DNA from: Euprymna scolopes
Lineage: Eukaryota
Reading direction: 5' to 3' (one strand)
Assembly: GCA_053919585.1 (NCBI GenBank)
Contig: CM132792.1
DNA: 64,000 nucleotides
Part shown: positions 49,709-62,012 of the stretch, piece after piece
Layout: every line of letters begins with the position of its first letter
Numbering within the stretch: the stretch's first letter is position 1
Notes under the pieces: model-generated
The model's input: the letters and a program-made list of their open reading frames with translations, nothing else
The model's database searches: none
Told to the model about the DNA's origin: nothing
Made by a program: the position numbers and the translations under genes

Positions 49709-52344
49709 GTAGGCTGATTCATTTTCTCTTTCCATATTTCATATGGAATTGTTAATGTCTACAATACAACATTAACCACATTATCAAATTCTCTATATTT
49801 TATAATTATATTTTCTATCTTGCAATTTCATCTTAAGTATTTTTACTTATTCCAATTATAGGTAATTGCCTTTTCCCATTATTTTCTCTCAATGCTTGTG
49901 ATTATTGAATACATTTTCTGAATAAGAAATGTGTTCAAAATTTCCTTCATTCTAAAAGCATGTACATACTTAAATGTATAAGTGTCTTTTTTCTTAAGTT
50001 TAAATTCAAGATACAAACCTTATTCTTTTAAATAATAAAATTAAAATTTTATTCATTACATTTGGAGTTTGCAGAACAATATTTTAAAGTAAAAATTATA
50101 AATAAAATTATACTTTGAATTTTGATAATATAAATTTTAAAAAAATGTAGGAATTTTCATAAATTTTGTAACTATCTGTAAAAATTAGTTTTGCTAATGC
50201 AAGATTTTATGAACTTGTGAAAACTATTATTTTATATCATAATTTAGAGTTTCTAAAATATAAAAGTTATTCAAGATAGATCTTACCTTAGTTCTTAGTG
50301 AAGTGATCTCTTATTCATAACATACTACATAAGCCTACAACGAAATAATTTAGCAATCATTAAAATTTCATGACTATCCAAAGTTTAACAAATTTTATTG
50401 GAATTTCTATCATTTTTTATGACTGGAACTGGACTTTCTTACTCGTGTGTGATTTTCATGAAGGCATAAATCTAGAAGTCAATTTTTCAACAATATTTAA
50501 AATGTTGATTAAATATAGCCACTAGAGTAAATTTATAAATCGTGAAAGATGTCCATTGAAACAAAAATCAAACTTTTACATAATAAATGATAAATAGCAT
50601 TAAAATATCACATTTGATATTATTTTTCTGAATGAAATTAAGACTTCAGATTAAGTTGTTCATTAATATACTAACTCCTAACTTAAATAAATATTATAAA
50701 CAACTTAAGCAATCATGTTCTTTTCAATTCCAAAGTGATATATATATATAGCAGTTGTTTTTGTGGACCTTATGCAATACACCTTCACTAATTGTTTGAT
50801 ATTTTCAAATTTAACTGACATTTTGAATTTTACTATAATCCATTCCCACATCATATTCCAGATTCTTGTGTTTGAACCTTACAGAATACAATTTCATTAA
50901 TTGGTTAATTTAATCAAGTTTTATTTTTTATTTTGACTCTTATTTTATTTAAAGTGCCTTTTAGTTTACACAAAGGTTTTTTTTATATTTCAAATTTATG
51001 CTAACCAGTGATACATTTTTTACTAATGTTATCCTTTAATGAAAAGAGCTTATCTTTAAAACTCCATCGATTAAGGACTCTTTTTTACTATAATTTCTTA
51101 TTTGAATTTTTGATGGATTTATGAATATTGTAATTTATTCAATTTTTATTTTCATTATTAATTTTTTTAAATAATCTATCTAGTATATTGAGTTTTCTAT
51201 TATCTCTGTAGGTTTTAATATAAAGATAAATATTATCTTTGTAATTTTAATGTTATAGAAGAAATAATTTCAGATATAAATACAAAACGAGCTTATTTAC
51301 TCAAATGAATTTTTTTTAATTTACATGGATACTTGCTAAATGCATGGATTTATTTTCTTATGAGGGTTAAAATCATGTAAAATCTTGGCCATTTCTATTA
51401 ATAGATGTATACTGAATATAATCGATGAGAACAGTTGCTGTTTTAGATTAAAATAAATTGATCTGAGCAAGATCCCTTTTGCAATTTTTTTTTTTAAATC
51501 TTATTTTAATTTTTTTTGATGATCTGGCATGTTTTCCATTTATTTTTGATTTAGTGTGGCTACTTCAACTGTTTCACTGCACCACTGTTGGTACATGTTT
51601 CCCTAATTAATAGAATTTTCCAACTATTTGGATATAAATAAGTTTATCTAGAAAAAAAATGGATACAGATACTATGCTTTTAAAGCAACTTGGCACAAAA
51701 CAAACGTTTCAACTTATTTACATATTATATGTAATTCCTTAATATTTTAATGTTAGTTTTTTGTGTTACACACAAATTTAATATGAAAATAAAAGTGGAG
51801 GACAGTAATTTAAAAAAAAATATATAAGATACAATTTAAAATAGTGTTTAAATTTAATTAATGTTAAAATGAGGGTGTGCATTCATGTTATTGTTTTACA
51901 CGTTTTCCTTCTATTCTCATGGTGGCATAACTAAATAAAAATCAATTAATAATCCATCTTGCTTTTAATTATTTATATATATATATATTTTATTTGATAT
52001 ATGTGTAATAAGCAACAGCTTTGTTGGTATTTGGAACACATTGTATAGAAATTTCTCTGAATAACCTCATTCACCTAAACAAAGCTGTTTGAACTTGGAT
52101 GAAAGAAAGGCCAAAGAAAACGTGTATAAGCAGCAAAGAGCTAAGTACGGTCATATGATATGACATTCAAACCAATATTGATTATTGAGATTTTCTGAAG
52201 ACTTGGGTAAATATTTTGTATTCTTCGATTTCATTCATTGTGAGTTTATATTTAGTATTGATTATTTTGACAACAAGCAAATTATATTTTAAACTTTTCT
52301 TTTGATATTTGATCCCCTACTCTCTTAAACTAAATGCAAATTTA

Positions 52345-52598
52345 ATGAACAGTTATTTTCCTAGAATTATAAGCCTATGGAACTCTATATTGCAGTGCTA
52401 CTTTCAGCTGACTACAACATATAGCTTTCAATTCCAATGTAAACAAGTTCTTGTTGAGAATGAAATTCTACCCAATTTCCACCACTACAAATCATTAGTG
52501 TTGTCTTGCCAACCACCTTAGACCCAATAACCTTTATCCTTGAGTGTCCTTCAGGTCTTGATAAGCGATGACTCCCTTGTAAAAAAAAAAAAAAAAAA
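52345..52598 (+). mobile_element. Short 3'-end fragment of a CR1/L2-group LINE (family A-like)
   Basis: SYFPRIISLWNSI motif, family A 3' UTR and an A18 tail. Confidence 0.8.
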
Positions 52599-52744
52599 GT
52601 TAATAGCTAAATGTATTACAAAAATAGTAAAGTAGGAAATATGAGATTAAAAAAAAGTACCAAACTTTGAAATTTGTACCTGGATAATTCCACGTTTCTT
52701 AAAACAAGCAAACTCATATGGTAATATAATTTGACTGCTTATGA

Positions 52745-53075
52745 TAATACTAATTTACACTACTGTTCTCATCTTGGATAATATTCTTACGTTTTGGTTA
52801 ATGTAACCTCCAACCTTCTTCAGGTACATCTTGTCGAACTCAAAATTTTTTTAATGAAATTTCAAACTAATTTTTATTTAATTCAAGGGAGTAGATTGTT
52901 CTCATTTCATCAGCCATGACCGAGTAGAAGTGTTAATTAATCTTTCATTCTTAGTATTACCGATAGTGAGGATTAAACTTTCAACCCCCAGAAAACTGTC
53001 ACTTAGAACTGATTGTTAATCAACACATTTATCTATTGCATCACATGGCTGATGGAGCAAGAACAAGCTATCCCA
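52745..53075 (-). mobile_element. Penelope-pLTR-related SINE-like element (tRNA-like head plus hammerhead-like core) with a short inverted copy
   Basis: Minus strand: TGATGCAATAG (decayed A box, 53033-53043), AGTTTAATCC (B box, 52970-52979), CTGAAGA-AGGTTGG..TTAACC-AAAACGT (52789-52823). Plus strand 53044-53074 is an inverted copy of about 52887-52917. Confidence 0.7.
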
Positions 53076-53630
53076 TTACCTGGTTATAAAATATGCTTAA
53101 GACGTTTCTGAATTTTTGAGATGAGGATTGGTTATTTGTATTATTATTCATTGGACTATTGTTCTCATCTCGAGTGCGATTTTTTTTCACAACGTTTCAG
53201 TCGATATAACCTCCTTTATTTACTTTGCGGGGTTAACGTGCTCTTGTTCCGTCAGCCATGACTGGATAGAGTAATTTGTAATTTGCAATTTGCAAATGCA
53301 TATTTCGGTCATTTACTCTGAGGATTGAACCTTCAACCTTCAGGAGAATATCACTTTTACAATTGAGTTTTCCCAGTACTCTAACCACTGAGCCACGGGT
53401 CCTTACAGACAATTCTAGTAGGAATTTTAGGAGCCTTAAATCTATTTTTTATTTCTAGTTGTAAATATCACCATTTATTACTAATTATTAATGTATATCC
53501 ACCTCTATACTTGTATATATTAATGTTTTTACTTATTACTTGTATATTATTATCTATTGTTTATAATTACTGGGTCCCATATCGTATTGAATTCTATACT
53601 AGGTCTACTTAGCAGTTGGTTATTCCCCAG

Positions 53631-54204
53631 ACAAGAGAAAACCTCCACCGAAACAACTATCCAGAGAGCATGACATCAGCTCAAAGAAATCTGGACCAAA
53701 AACAAAAGGACACCACTCAGAAACTCACCACAGTTTGTGCACCATATATGAAGGGCTTGTCTGAAAAACTTCAACGAATATGTAATCCATATGACATCAG
53801 GACAGTATTCAGGAGTGATTCAACTCTCCGGAAACAGCTTGTGAGAGTCGAGCCCCCTACAGAAAAAAATCATGACTAAGGACTGTGTATATGAAATCCC
53901 ATGTAAATGTGGAAAACTATATAGACGTGAAACGTGTCGTCCGTTGAAAGTATGGTTAGAAGAACATCGAAAAGCCGTAGTACGTGGAGAGACTGAAAAG
54001 TCAGGTATAGCTGACCATATCTGGAAAGAAAAGGGAAACCATCTACCACTATGGGACGAAGTAAAAATTATAGACAGAGAGGAACGGTGGAGAGTAAGAC
54101 GACTGAAAGAAGCAACACATATGCTGGGGAATAACCAACTGCTAAGTAGACCTAGTATAGAATTCAATATGATATGGGAACCAGTAATTATAAACAGCAG
54201 ATAA
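53631..54204 (+). pseudogene. Penelope linker plus GIY-YIG endonuclease (frameshift near 53872)
   Basis: PYMKGLSEKLQRI...IRTVF; DCVYEIPCKCGKLY..ETCRPL...EEH...KSGIADH..GNH...W.EVKII..E...RRLKEA. Confidence 0.9.
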
Positions 54205-54302
54205 TATATACAAGTAATAAGTATAGAGATAGATATACATTAATATATAGTAATAATTAGTAATAAATGGTGATATTTACAACGTACTAGAATTGTCCGC
54301 AA

Positions 54303-54395
54303 GGACCCATGGCGCAGTTGTTAGAGTACTGGGAAAAATAAATTGTAAAAGTGATATTCTCCTGAAGGTTGAAGGCTCAATCCTCAGTGTGGGCG
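54303..54395 (+). promoter_or_regulatory. tRNA-like Pol III A/B-box head inside the Penelope pLTR (mirror copy at 53320-53402, minus strand)
   Basis: GGACCCA-TGGCGCAGTTGTTAGAG...GGCTCAATCC; the mirror copy has the consensus GGACCCG-TGGCTCAGTGG-TTAGAG and GGTTCAATCC. Confidence 0.7.
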
Positions 54396-54550
54396 ATCGA
54401 AATATACATTTGCGAATTACTTAGGACCTCTATCCAGTTATGACGGGACAAGAGCATGCTACCCCAGCAAAGTAAATAAAGGGTTCCGCTCGAAATTCCA
54501 TCCAAATTCCCGTGTTCGACAGAAACATTCCCGAGTTCGACAAGATAAAC

Positions 54551-54584
54551 CTGAAGTTCGGAGGTTATATTGATCGAAACGTTG
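54551..54584 (+). ncRNA. Degenerate hammerhead-ribozyme-like core in the pLTR
   Basis: CTGAAG[deletion]TTCGGAGGTTATATTGATC-GAAACGTT. The consensus with the 52789-52823 and 53190-53214 copies is CTGAAGA-A-GGTCGG-loop-TCGACC-GAAACGTT. Confidence 0.55.
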
Positions 54585-55269
54585 TGAAAATCACACTCAA
54601 GATGAGAACAATAGTCCAATGAATAATAAAACAAAATATGCTTAAATATGATATTTTAATTTATGTAGATTTCGTATATATTATAGTCATTTCTCTATCA
54701 ATGATTATATATTCTATTGTGCCCAGTATATAGTAGTGATTTCAAAAGTTTAAAAAATAATACAATATGACTTGGGTGCTATCAGCTAAAATTGAAAGTG
54801 AAACTCGGTTATTATCATTTGAGTTATTGTCAGTTGGATAAAAAATAGCTAAAAATAACATTAACATATATATATATATATATATATATAATTCTTGGTT
54901 CGTTTGTTATCAATAAAACAATATTTCTACATTACCAATTCAATTAAAATTTTCAGACAGTTTATCCTTAGAGTCAAATGTTTTTATGTTATTAAACTAA
55001 ATTAATAATTCAAATTATAAATTAAATAAAATACTTCCGGTAGTTATTTCAATTCATGCACCACGATTTGACGACTCTAATCGATGAGTGAAAAAAAAAC
55101 ATTCTCTATTTTTAAAATTTAAATTAATTTCCCAATTTTTTAATTTAAAACAAATTGCTTGCCAGAAGGTGCATTTTAAGTTGAAACATAAGTCAAAGAA
55201 CCTTAACAAAACCATCTTTGTCGTAAAAATCACACATTTGTTTTTTAAACAGTTGTTTCTATATAAGAA

Positions 55270-55643
55270 AATATTAACTGGACGACAAAAGTTTATCCTT
55301 AATAATGAGAAAAGCTACAGATAATGGGAGAAAAGCTCTCAAAATATTATGCGAACACTACACAAGCAAAGGAAAACTAAGGGTAATCTCCTTGTACAAC
55401 CAACTCTTGTCTCTCAAAAAGAAAGGAGACGAAAGCGTCACAGAATATGTGATAAGAACTGAGACAATTTTAACAGCTCTGAGAAATGCATTTGACGATT
55501 CCCTAATTATCGCCATGATATTAAAGACTACAAAGCTGCTACGACTCTTTTTTGTTTATGTGACACACAGCAACAAAGAAATAATATTCTTGGAATTTAA
55601 AACAGAAATCCATGGTTTCGAGAGAGGTGTGAAAAAAGTTTAA
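55270..55643 (+). mobile_element. Ty1/copia gag fragment
   Basis: LDDKSLSLIMRKATDNGRKALKILCEHYTSKGKLRVISLYNQLLSLKK..ESVTEYVIRTE...DSLIIAMILK resembles copia-type gag. Confidence 0.75.
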
Positions 55644-55649
55644 GCAAAC

Positions 55650-58436
55650 AGTAAAATAATTCAGTTTTTGTTTTTAAAAGAAAAAAAATCCCAATACGTA
55701 AGCCTTAAAATAAGATAACAAAAAAAAAAAAAGAGTAGGCAGGTAGACTCGAATCTGTAACGTGAAGGAGGAAAAGGTGGAAAAAAGCAAACCGCTTAAC
55801 CTCTGTGGCCACCATGACGTACGACTTCACTGTCATTCAAATTAAAAGTAATCATTGCAAGCGCGTACGATGACTTCGCAAAAATGTCAACAAAAAGTGA
55901 CCCCCCTCTTTATACAAAACTGTCCAATTGAGGGTGAAGGAATGAATATTTTTGGCCAAGTTTTCGATATGTGATCCAAGACATCAAGCTTCAAAACAAT
56001 ACTGATCTGGTCAGGATCCGTCACATGTGTCGAAAGTTTTTGCGAGACATACAAACACAAACACATTTTGCCTTATATAGACTCGCAGGGGTACCCGACG
56101 TTGCCCGAGTATTTGTAGGTGTGTGTTGGGGGGGGGAGGTAGATCAAAAAAGAAAAATAGTTTTGGTAGGAAGGTAGGCTCGAAAACAAATACTTAATGG
56201 ATAAAAACAAAAAAAACGGCAAAAAAATGTTTTTTGTAGGTGTGTGTATTGGGAGGGGAGGGGGGTAGATCCAAACCCTATGTTAAACTACTTTTAAAAA
56301 ATTGGAAAAAAAAAATAAATAAAAACAGCGAACATAATGTAAAAAGAAAAGGTAAAATTTAAAAAAAAAATGTTTTGGTAGGTAGGTCGGATTGAACCCG
56401 GAAGTTGAGGCGAAAAACTTGATAAGTTACCGCTCGCCCACAAAACGAAAGTAAACTGAAGTGAATTTCAATTAAACGTCTTAAACGCACAAGTGGCAGG
56501 TGTGCGGCGAATTTAATTAGTTCAAAGGAAATAAAATTCTGCACTTAATTTTAACTGCAGGATAGTTCTTTTGGGTTTGGTTTTTACCCAAATTTGTCCG
56601 GTTTTGTTTCCCCAATGTGTTGGGGAAAACTAGCTCCCACTTCATTAGGGCAGTGTCTGAATGAAAGCAATTGTTTTCACCAACATTGACCAAACGTCCA
56701 TTGCTTTCTGGACGCTCCCGGCACAGTAGGCCGAAAACCACACCTTAATTGCACATCAGTTTCGCTTTTATACGAAAAAGCCGAATCAACACGAGAGGGG
56801 CTGAAATAGCAAGAATTGTGTAAAAGTCTACATAAATAAATCTAGGCACGACACGCGTTCGCAAATCCTAGATATTATCTAGGGGGTAAATAAACAGTTC
56901 TAAGACATCGTAACCTCCCCGAGAAGTCTAGCAAAAAAGCCTTAGTTGGACATACAAAAACTTGCGCGCCCGTTTTGCCTTTTATATATATAGACTAGTG
57001 GGGGTACTCAGCGTTGCCAGAGTGTTTGGAGATGTGTTTGTGTAGGGGGGGGGGGTAAAGAATAAGCAAAGTAATAACCCTGTTTAAACTTCTTAAAAAA
57101 TCGGAAAAACAAACAACAAACGAATATAAAACTTTTTAAAAAATCGGAAAAACAAACGAATATAAAACTTTTTAAAAAATCGGAAAAATAAAAACCAAAA
57201 AAAGGGTGAAAAAAAAAAAAATGAACATGTTCAGAAAAAAAAAAAAAGCGAAAAGCAAAAAAAAAATAATAGCATAAATAACCATGTTTCAATATTAAAA
57301 GCTTAAAAATCAAAAAAAAAATTATCTGATACCTTAGATCGAACCTGCAATCTTAAGATAATGACACTATCACTTTATCCATTGTGCTATGAACATGTGG
57401 TTGAATGTAGGTCAGTTTTTATAATATTTAAACGAAACGTCTTTTGCGTGTGTTGACGCATGTGTAGAAGCTATCTTCTCATGAAGGAATGATTTTTTTC
57501 GACCCCCTCCCTGTAGAAAAGGGTCTGGTTGAAGGTGAAGGAATGAATGTCTTTGGGCAATTTTTCGATATTTGTCATCCGAAGGTTCAAGCCTGAAAAT
57601 GATACCGATCTGGCAAAAATCCATCGCCTGTGTCGAAAGTTTTTGCAAGACATACAAACATACACACTAACACATTTTCACAGCAGGGGTGCCCTGCGTT
57701 GCCTGGGTGTTTGGAGGTGTGGGGGGGGGCTAGATCAAAACAAAACAAAAAAAAACAATGTTAAACTTTAAAAAATCGGAGGGATTGGGGAGAACGAATA
57801 CACCCGGCATCACAAAAGAAAAAAATCGTTTTGGTGAGTAGGTAGAATTGAATCCGGAACCTTAAGGTGAACGTGGAAAAGAATCCTGACATGTTACCTG
57901 ATCGCCCACAACGGCAGAGTAACAAATGTATTTTGATTTAGCAATAAAAACTTCATTGACAAGTGCGCAAATTTAATGATAATAAGGTCAAACATAACCT
58001 GCAGTTAACTTTTGCTGCGAGACCGTTTTTTTGTTTTCTTTCCCAAACTTTTGCAATATATTGGAGGGGAAAATCAACTCCCTAGTGTCCCAATGAATAG
58101 CAATTGTCTGATATAAGGGGTTTCCCCTGCATTGATCAAACCTTATTGCTTTTCTGGACGAGTTCCAGGGAGCTGATCCTACGGATTCAGTTTCGCTTTT
58201 TATACTGAAAAGCGAAACGGACGCGCCGAGTGAAAAAAATCTTGAAAATAGCGTGTAAAAGTTGCCCAAATTAAAGATAGATGTGACCTCCCTTCGTAAC
58301 GTGTAGATATTATAATTTAGACAGTATATAAAGTTTTAAGAATGAGTGACCCCACTGAGCGCACCCCGTACAAAAGCCTTTGTGGGACATATACAAAAAA
58401 TGCACACACTAATGCACATTTTGCTTTTTATATAGA
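55650..58436 (-). mobile_element. Head-to-tail array of four non-autonomous Helitrons (A: ~55650-56081; B: 56082-56994; A: 56995-57680; B: 57681-58436)
   Basis: Junctions TATATAGA|CTCG (56081/2), TATATAGA|CTAG (56994/5) and CACATTTTCA|CAGCAGGGG (57680/1); each 3' end carries a CCGGGCAACG-type hairpin; B units match 29759-30585. Confidence 0.85.
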
Positions 58437-58850
58437 TAGATGGAAGCTGGCTTGAATTCAAGTTTAAAATGCAAAAGTTAAGTATTGTACTTCAATTGTG
58501 CTCTAAACAAAAAAATTCATTTCGAATGCATCCCTGTCATATCAAAGAACCTAGTGTTGATTTTATGTTAGGCCTTTTGGCTTGTGTGATGATGAAACTT
58601 CTCAAATGCACTTGTCATGTTAGGCTGTGTAAGGTGTTACTTTAGTCAAAATCGCCTGTTCTTTCTTTCATTGGATTATTTTGATTATCGATAGTTATTG
58701 AAGACATACCTATCTGAGAACATTGCCAAGCAAACAAAGTACATTTGTGTGAAATGTCATAAAAATTGGCCCAGCTGTTTTTGAGTTCATAGGGAAAAAA
58801 CTCCAACACATGCACAAAGTTTCTTTTATGTAATTGTGTGTGTGTGTAAT

Positions 58851-59525
58851 GTTTTGCGGTTAAATTTTAAATTCTGAAAAAACAACATATATAGACATAA
58901 ATTCGATTTAAGAATTTATTGCTTGACAAGAGAAATATATAGAAGGGGTTATTTTAATTTCCTTAATCCATGGATTTTTAACAATGGCTCATATCATCAG
59001 AGGAAATGAAATGCAGTTAGCAAAATGTTCAGTTGTGAATGGACGCTATTTTGCTTTTCAGCACAATTATTGAAAATAGTTTTATGAGTGATTGTGGATA
59101 ATTATATGGAGAAAATTATATGAAAAGAGAAGTTGATACAACCTGGGTAATCCATTATCGGAAGGAGTCCAATGTTGTTCGGGGTTATAAATCCAGGTGG
59201 GCAGAAAATAGGCCCATGGGAGAAAGTAATATTCCCATATAGCAGTACGCTTTCGTATAATTTTCTCCATATAATTATCCACAACCACTCAAAAAACTAT
59301 TTTCAATAATTGTGCTAAAAAGCAAAATAGCGTCCATTTGCAGCTGAACAATTTGCTAACTGCATTTCATGTCCTCTGATGATATGAGCCATTGTTGAAA
59401 ATCCATGGATTAAGGAAATTAAAATAACCCCTTCTATATATTCCTTTTGTCAAGCAATAAATTCTTAAATCGAATTTATGTCTATATATGTTGTTTTTTC
59501 AGAATTTAAAATTTAACCACGAAAC
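58851..59525. mobile_element. Foldback/MITE with ~276-bp terminal inverted repeats and a ~123-bp spacer
   Basis: 58851-59126 is the reverse complement of 59250-59525 with scattered substitutions; flanked by (TG)n and TA-rich sequence. Confidence 0.92.
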
Positions 59526-61399
59526 TTATATATAGCTCTATTCTTAAATATTGAGCTTTTCCTTTTTGGCTAGGATCCTCTTGAAAGTATTACTTCAAGT
59601 AATATCTCTCAGGATTTTTCATCTGAATTCTGTCAGTGTCTTATCTCGCTTATATATATATATATTAACAGACTTCCCTGCATTGCCTGGTCACAAAATA
59701 TGCATAAGTATTATATTTAAATTCATGCAGATTTCTTAATTATTATAGAGCCAATTTTCTTTTGATTATTATTCAATATATAGTAATGATTTCAAAAGAT
59801 ATAAAAAAAATGACTTGGGTACTATCCACTGGAATCAAAACTAGAACGTTTAGTTCTATAGTCTAAGTTGTTATTTATCACTCCAGTGTTACAGTCTGAA
59901 CTGCCAAGAGATGGATACAAAAGGTTAAAATTAAGCTACTTTGAGATATGAATGTTCAATTTTGAGCATGTGTAAAAATAATAGGAGTAATGCTTTATTC
60001 AACTTAACCTACCAAGGTCAGCTATTTTTTATTTTTAATTTTGACCGCTTTAGAAGCAGTTTTTACTGGCTAAAAATCAAATCGAAAGTGTGCTACAGGT
60101 CCAAATACCATATATATCAAATTTGAACTCCGTTGATCAAATGTTCACAAAGGAGTTTGGTAGAGATAATGATCTTGTCAATGTGTATGCGGAAACTCTG
60201 CCAAACTCTTCTCTGAATATCATCAATTTTTAGTGTTCTGGTTCATTAGAAACCTTTTCACACCTTTGAAAATACATGTTTTAGATATGTATGAAATTAA
60301 TACATAATTTAAATTTTGTATTCTAAAAGAATATTTTATTTAGGTTAAATTTTTGTTTTTCTTTTATTCTCCCATATCTGTTATCCTTTTCTTTTGTCTT
60401 TCATATTTTTGTTGCCCCCCCCTCTCTTCTCTGTTGACGTCCGTCTCTTTTCTGTTCTCCCCATTTTTTTATTTTCTTTTGCAAATTTTTTCTGATATTA
60501 AAGCAAAGAACAAAAGATGTTCGGTATTTAATACAAGGTATTTTTTAATGTGAGAAAAATCCACTTCACTGAAAAGGAGCACTCTGCATGGGATAAAAAA
60601 TAAGTATATATTCCTGTCAGATCCCCTATTTCTAATGTGGCAGCCTCTGGCGTTAGCTAATAACTCTCATCTCTCAAATTTATTTAAGGAAAAAAGATTT
60701 TATGAAATTTTGGACAAAAGCATTAAAAGAATTTTACAAAAAAAATGTAATGAAGTATGTAGGATTTATTTTGGAGATAAGCAAAGAGCAGAACTGTTTT
60801 TTTTTTTTTAAATAAATGTACCCATAAAAGTTACTACTTATACTCTTTTGTGTGGTATTATCCTGCATCCCAACCTGAACAATGTCCAGTTATCATGCTA
60901 GTTTGTAAATGATTCTAATATGTTGCTTGTAAGCAGTATAAAGAATCTATAGAAGAATTAATCTGTTGTAGTTAGCATGGAATTATGGGATAAAATGTTA
61001 TGCAACACATGTTTAAGACTTCAATGCTTCATTTTCTCTTTATTCTTATATTGTTTGAGACTGTGTTCCCACACATGAGTGGGATTTATCCTTGGGATTT
61101 ATCCTTGCATATTTTCTTTCTTTTCATGGAATTTGCAATGCTATCTTTCTTAATCGATATTTAATTATATCATTGGTATTGAAATAACATCTAGTTCTCG
61201 TTATATGTGAAGAGGACTTACGGAAATAATATGGCTCTCACAGATGTGCGTGTTCTAAAATATATCTATTCACAGGCATGTAATAAAACACGCTCTTTAT
61301 GAAAGTAGTTGCCTCTTTTATAACTACTATACAAAAATGCATATACTGATTGAAAAATGATTTTACAAAAGATGTTTGCATAATTATAATTGTCTGAAG

Positions 61400-61811
61400 A
61401 TGCTATGGAAATAACTGATGTTGATATAAAATGATTTATGTTGTGTAGCCATCAAGGTGGCTGTGTTATCCATCTTTTACTGAAGTTGAGGTAACAATAA
61501 CTTTTAAAATGCACTTTTCTAAATAGCCGATATATTTATAGCTGATGACAATTTCAGCTTGAAATATCTTTGTCTTAAGACATGGAGGAATGCTATGGAA
61601 AGTAAAGCTTAGAGAGTGAATGATATCAAGACTAAAGTGATGATTAGTGATTGTAGTATTGGAAATCCCCCAAAAAGAGGAAAGTTTCTTTGCTTAGTTA
61701 GTGAAAAGAGAGTTGGTTCGACTTAAATTTTTGTAGTATTTGTCAGCATAGAGTACACAGTAAGTTCAGTGGAATTACTAGTAGATTAAGAAATGATAAT
61801 AAATTCATGTG

Positions 61812-61812
<1 letters not shown>
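61400..61812 (+). mobile_element. Degenerate RTE-clade LINE fragment (RT plus Cys-rich finger)
   Basis: .ADD; TWRNAMESK..RVN.IKTKVMIS; GKFLC...FCSIC...VH...SGITSRLRNDNKFMC; ends at (TA)n. Confidence 0.65.
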
Positions 61813-61860
<48 letters not shown>

Positions 61861-61894
61861 CTAATACTTACATGTCAGACTTAAATTTCTTTCC

Positions 61895-61932
<38 letters not shown>

Positions 61933-62012
61933 CTCGGGTTTTTTTATTCAAAAGTAATGGACTAATGAATTCAACGAGGTTGTTAGATAGTGCTCAATAA
62001 AAAGAGCTGATA

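Larger units (their letters stand above)
53101..54632 (+). mobile_element. 5'-truncated Penelope-like retroelement with inverted pseudo-LTRs
   Basis: Left arm 53133-53630 is the reverse complement of 54124-54632; 13-bp flanking direct repeat AAAATATGCTTAA (53088-53100, 54633-54645); GIY-YIG ORF in between. Confidence 0.92.

Noticed and set aside
53320-53402. Functional tRNA gene
   Set aside because: A and B boxes are present, but the spacing is extended, there is no clean acceptor or anticodon stem, and it lies within a repeat. The same applies to the other tRNA-like heads.
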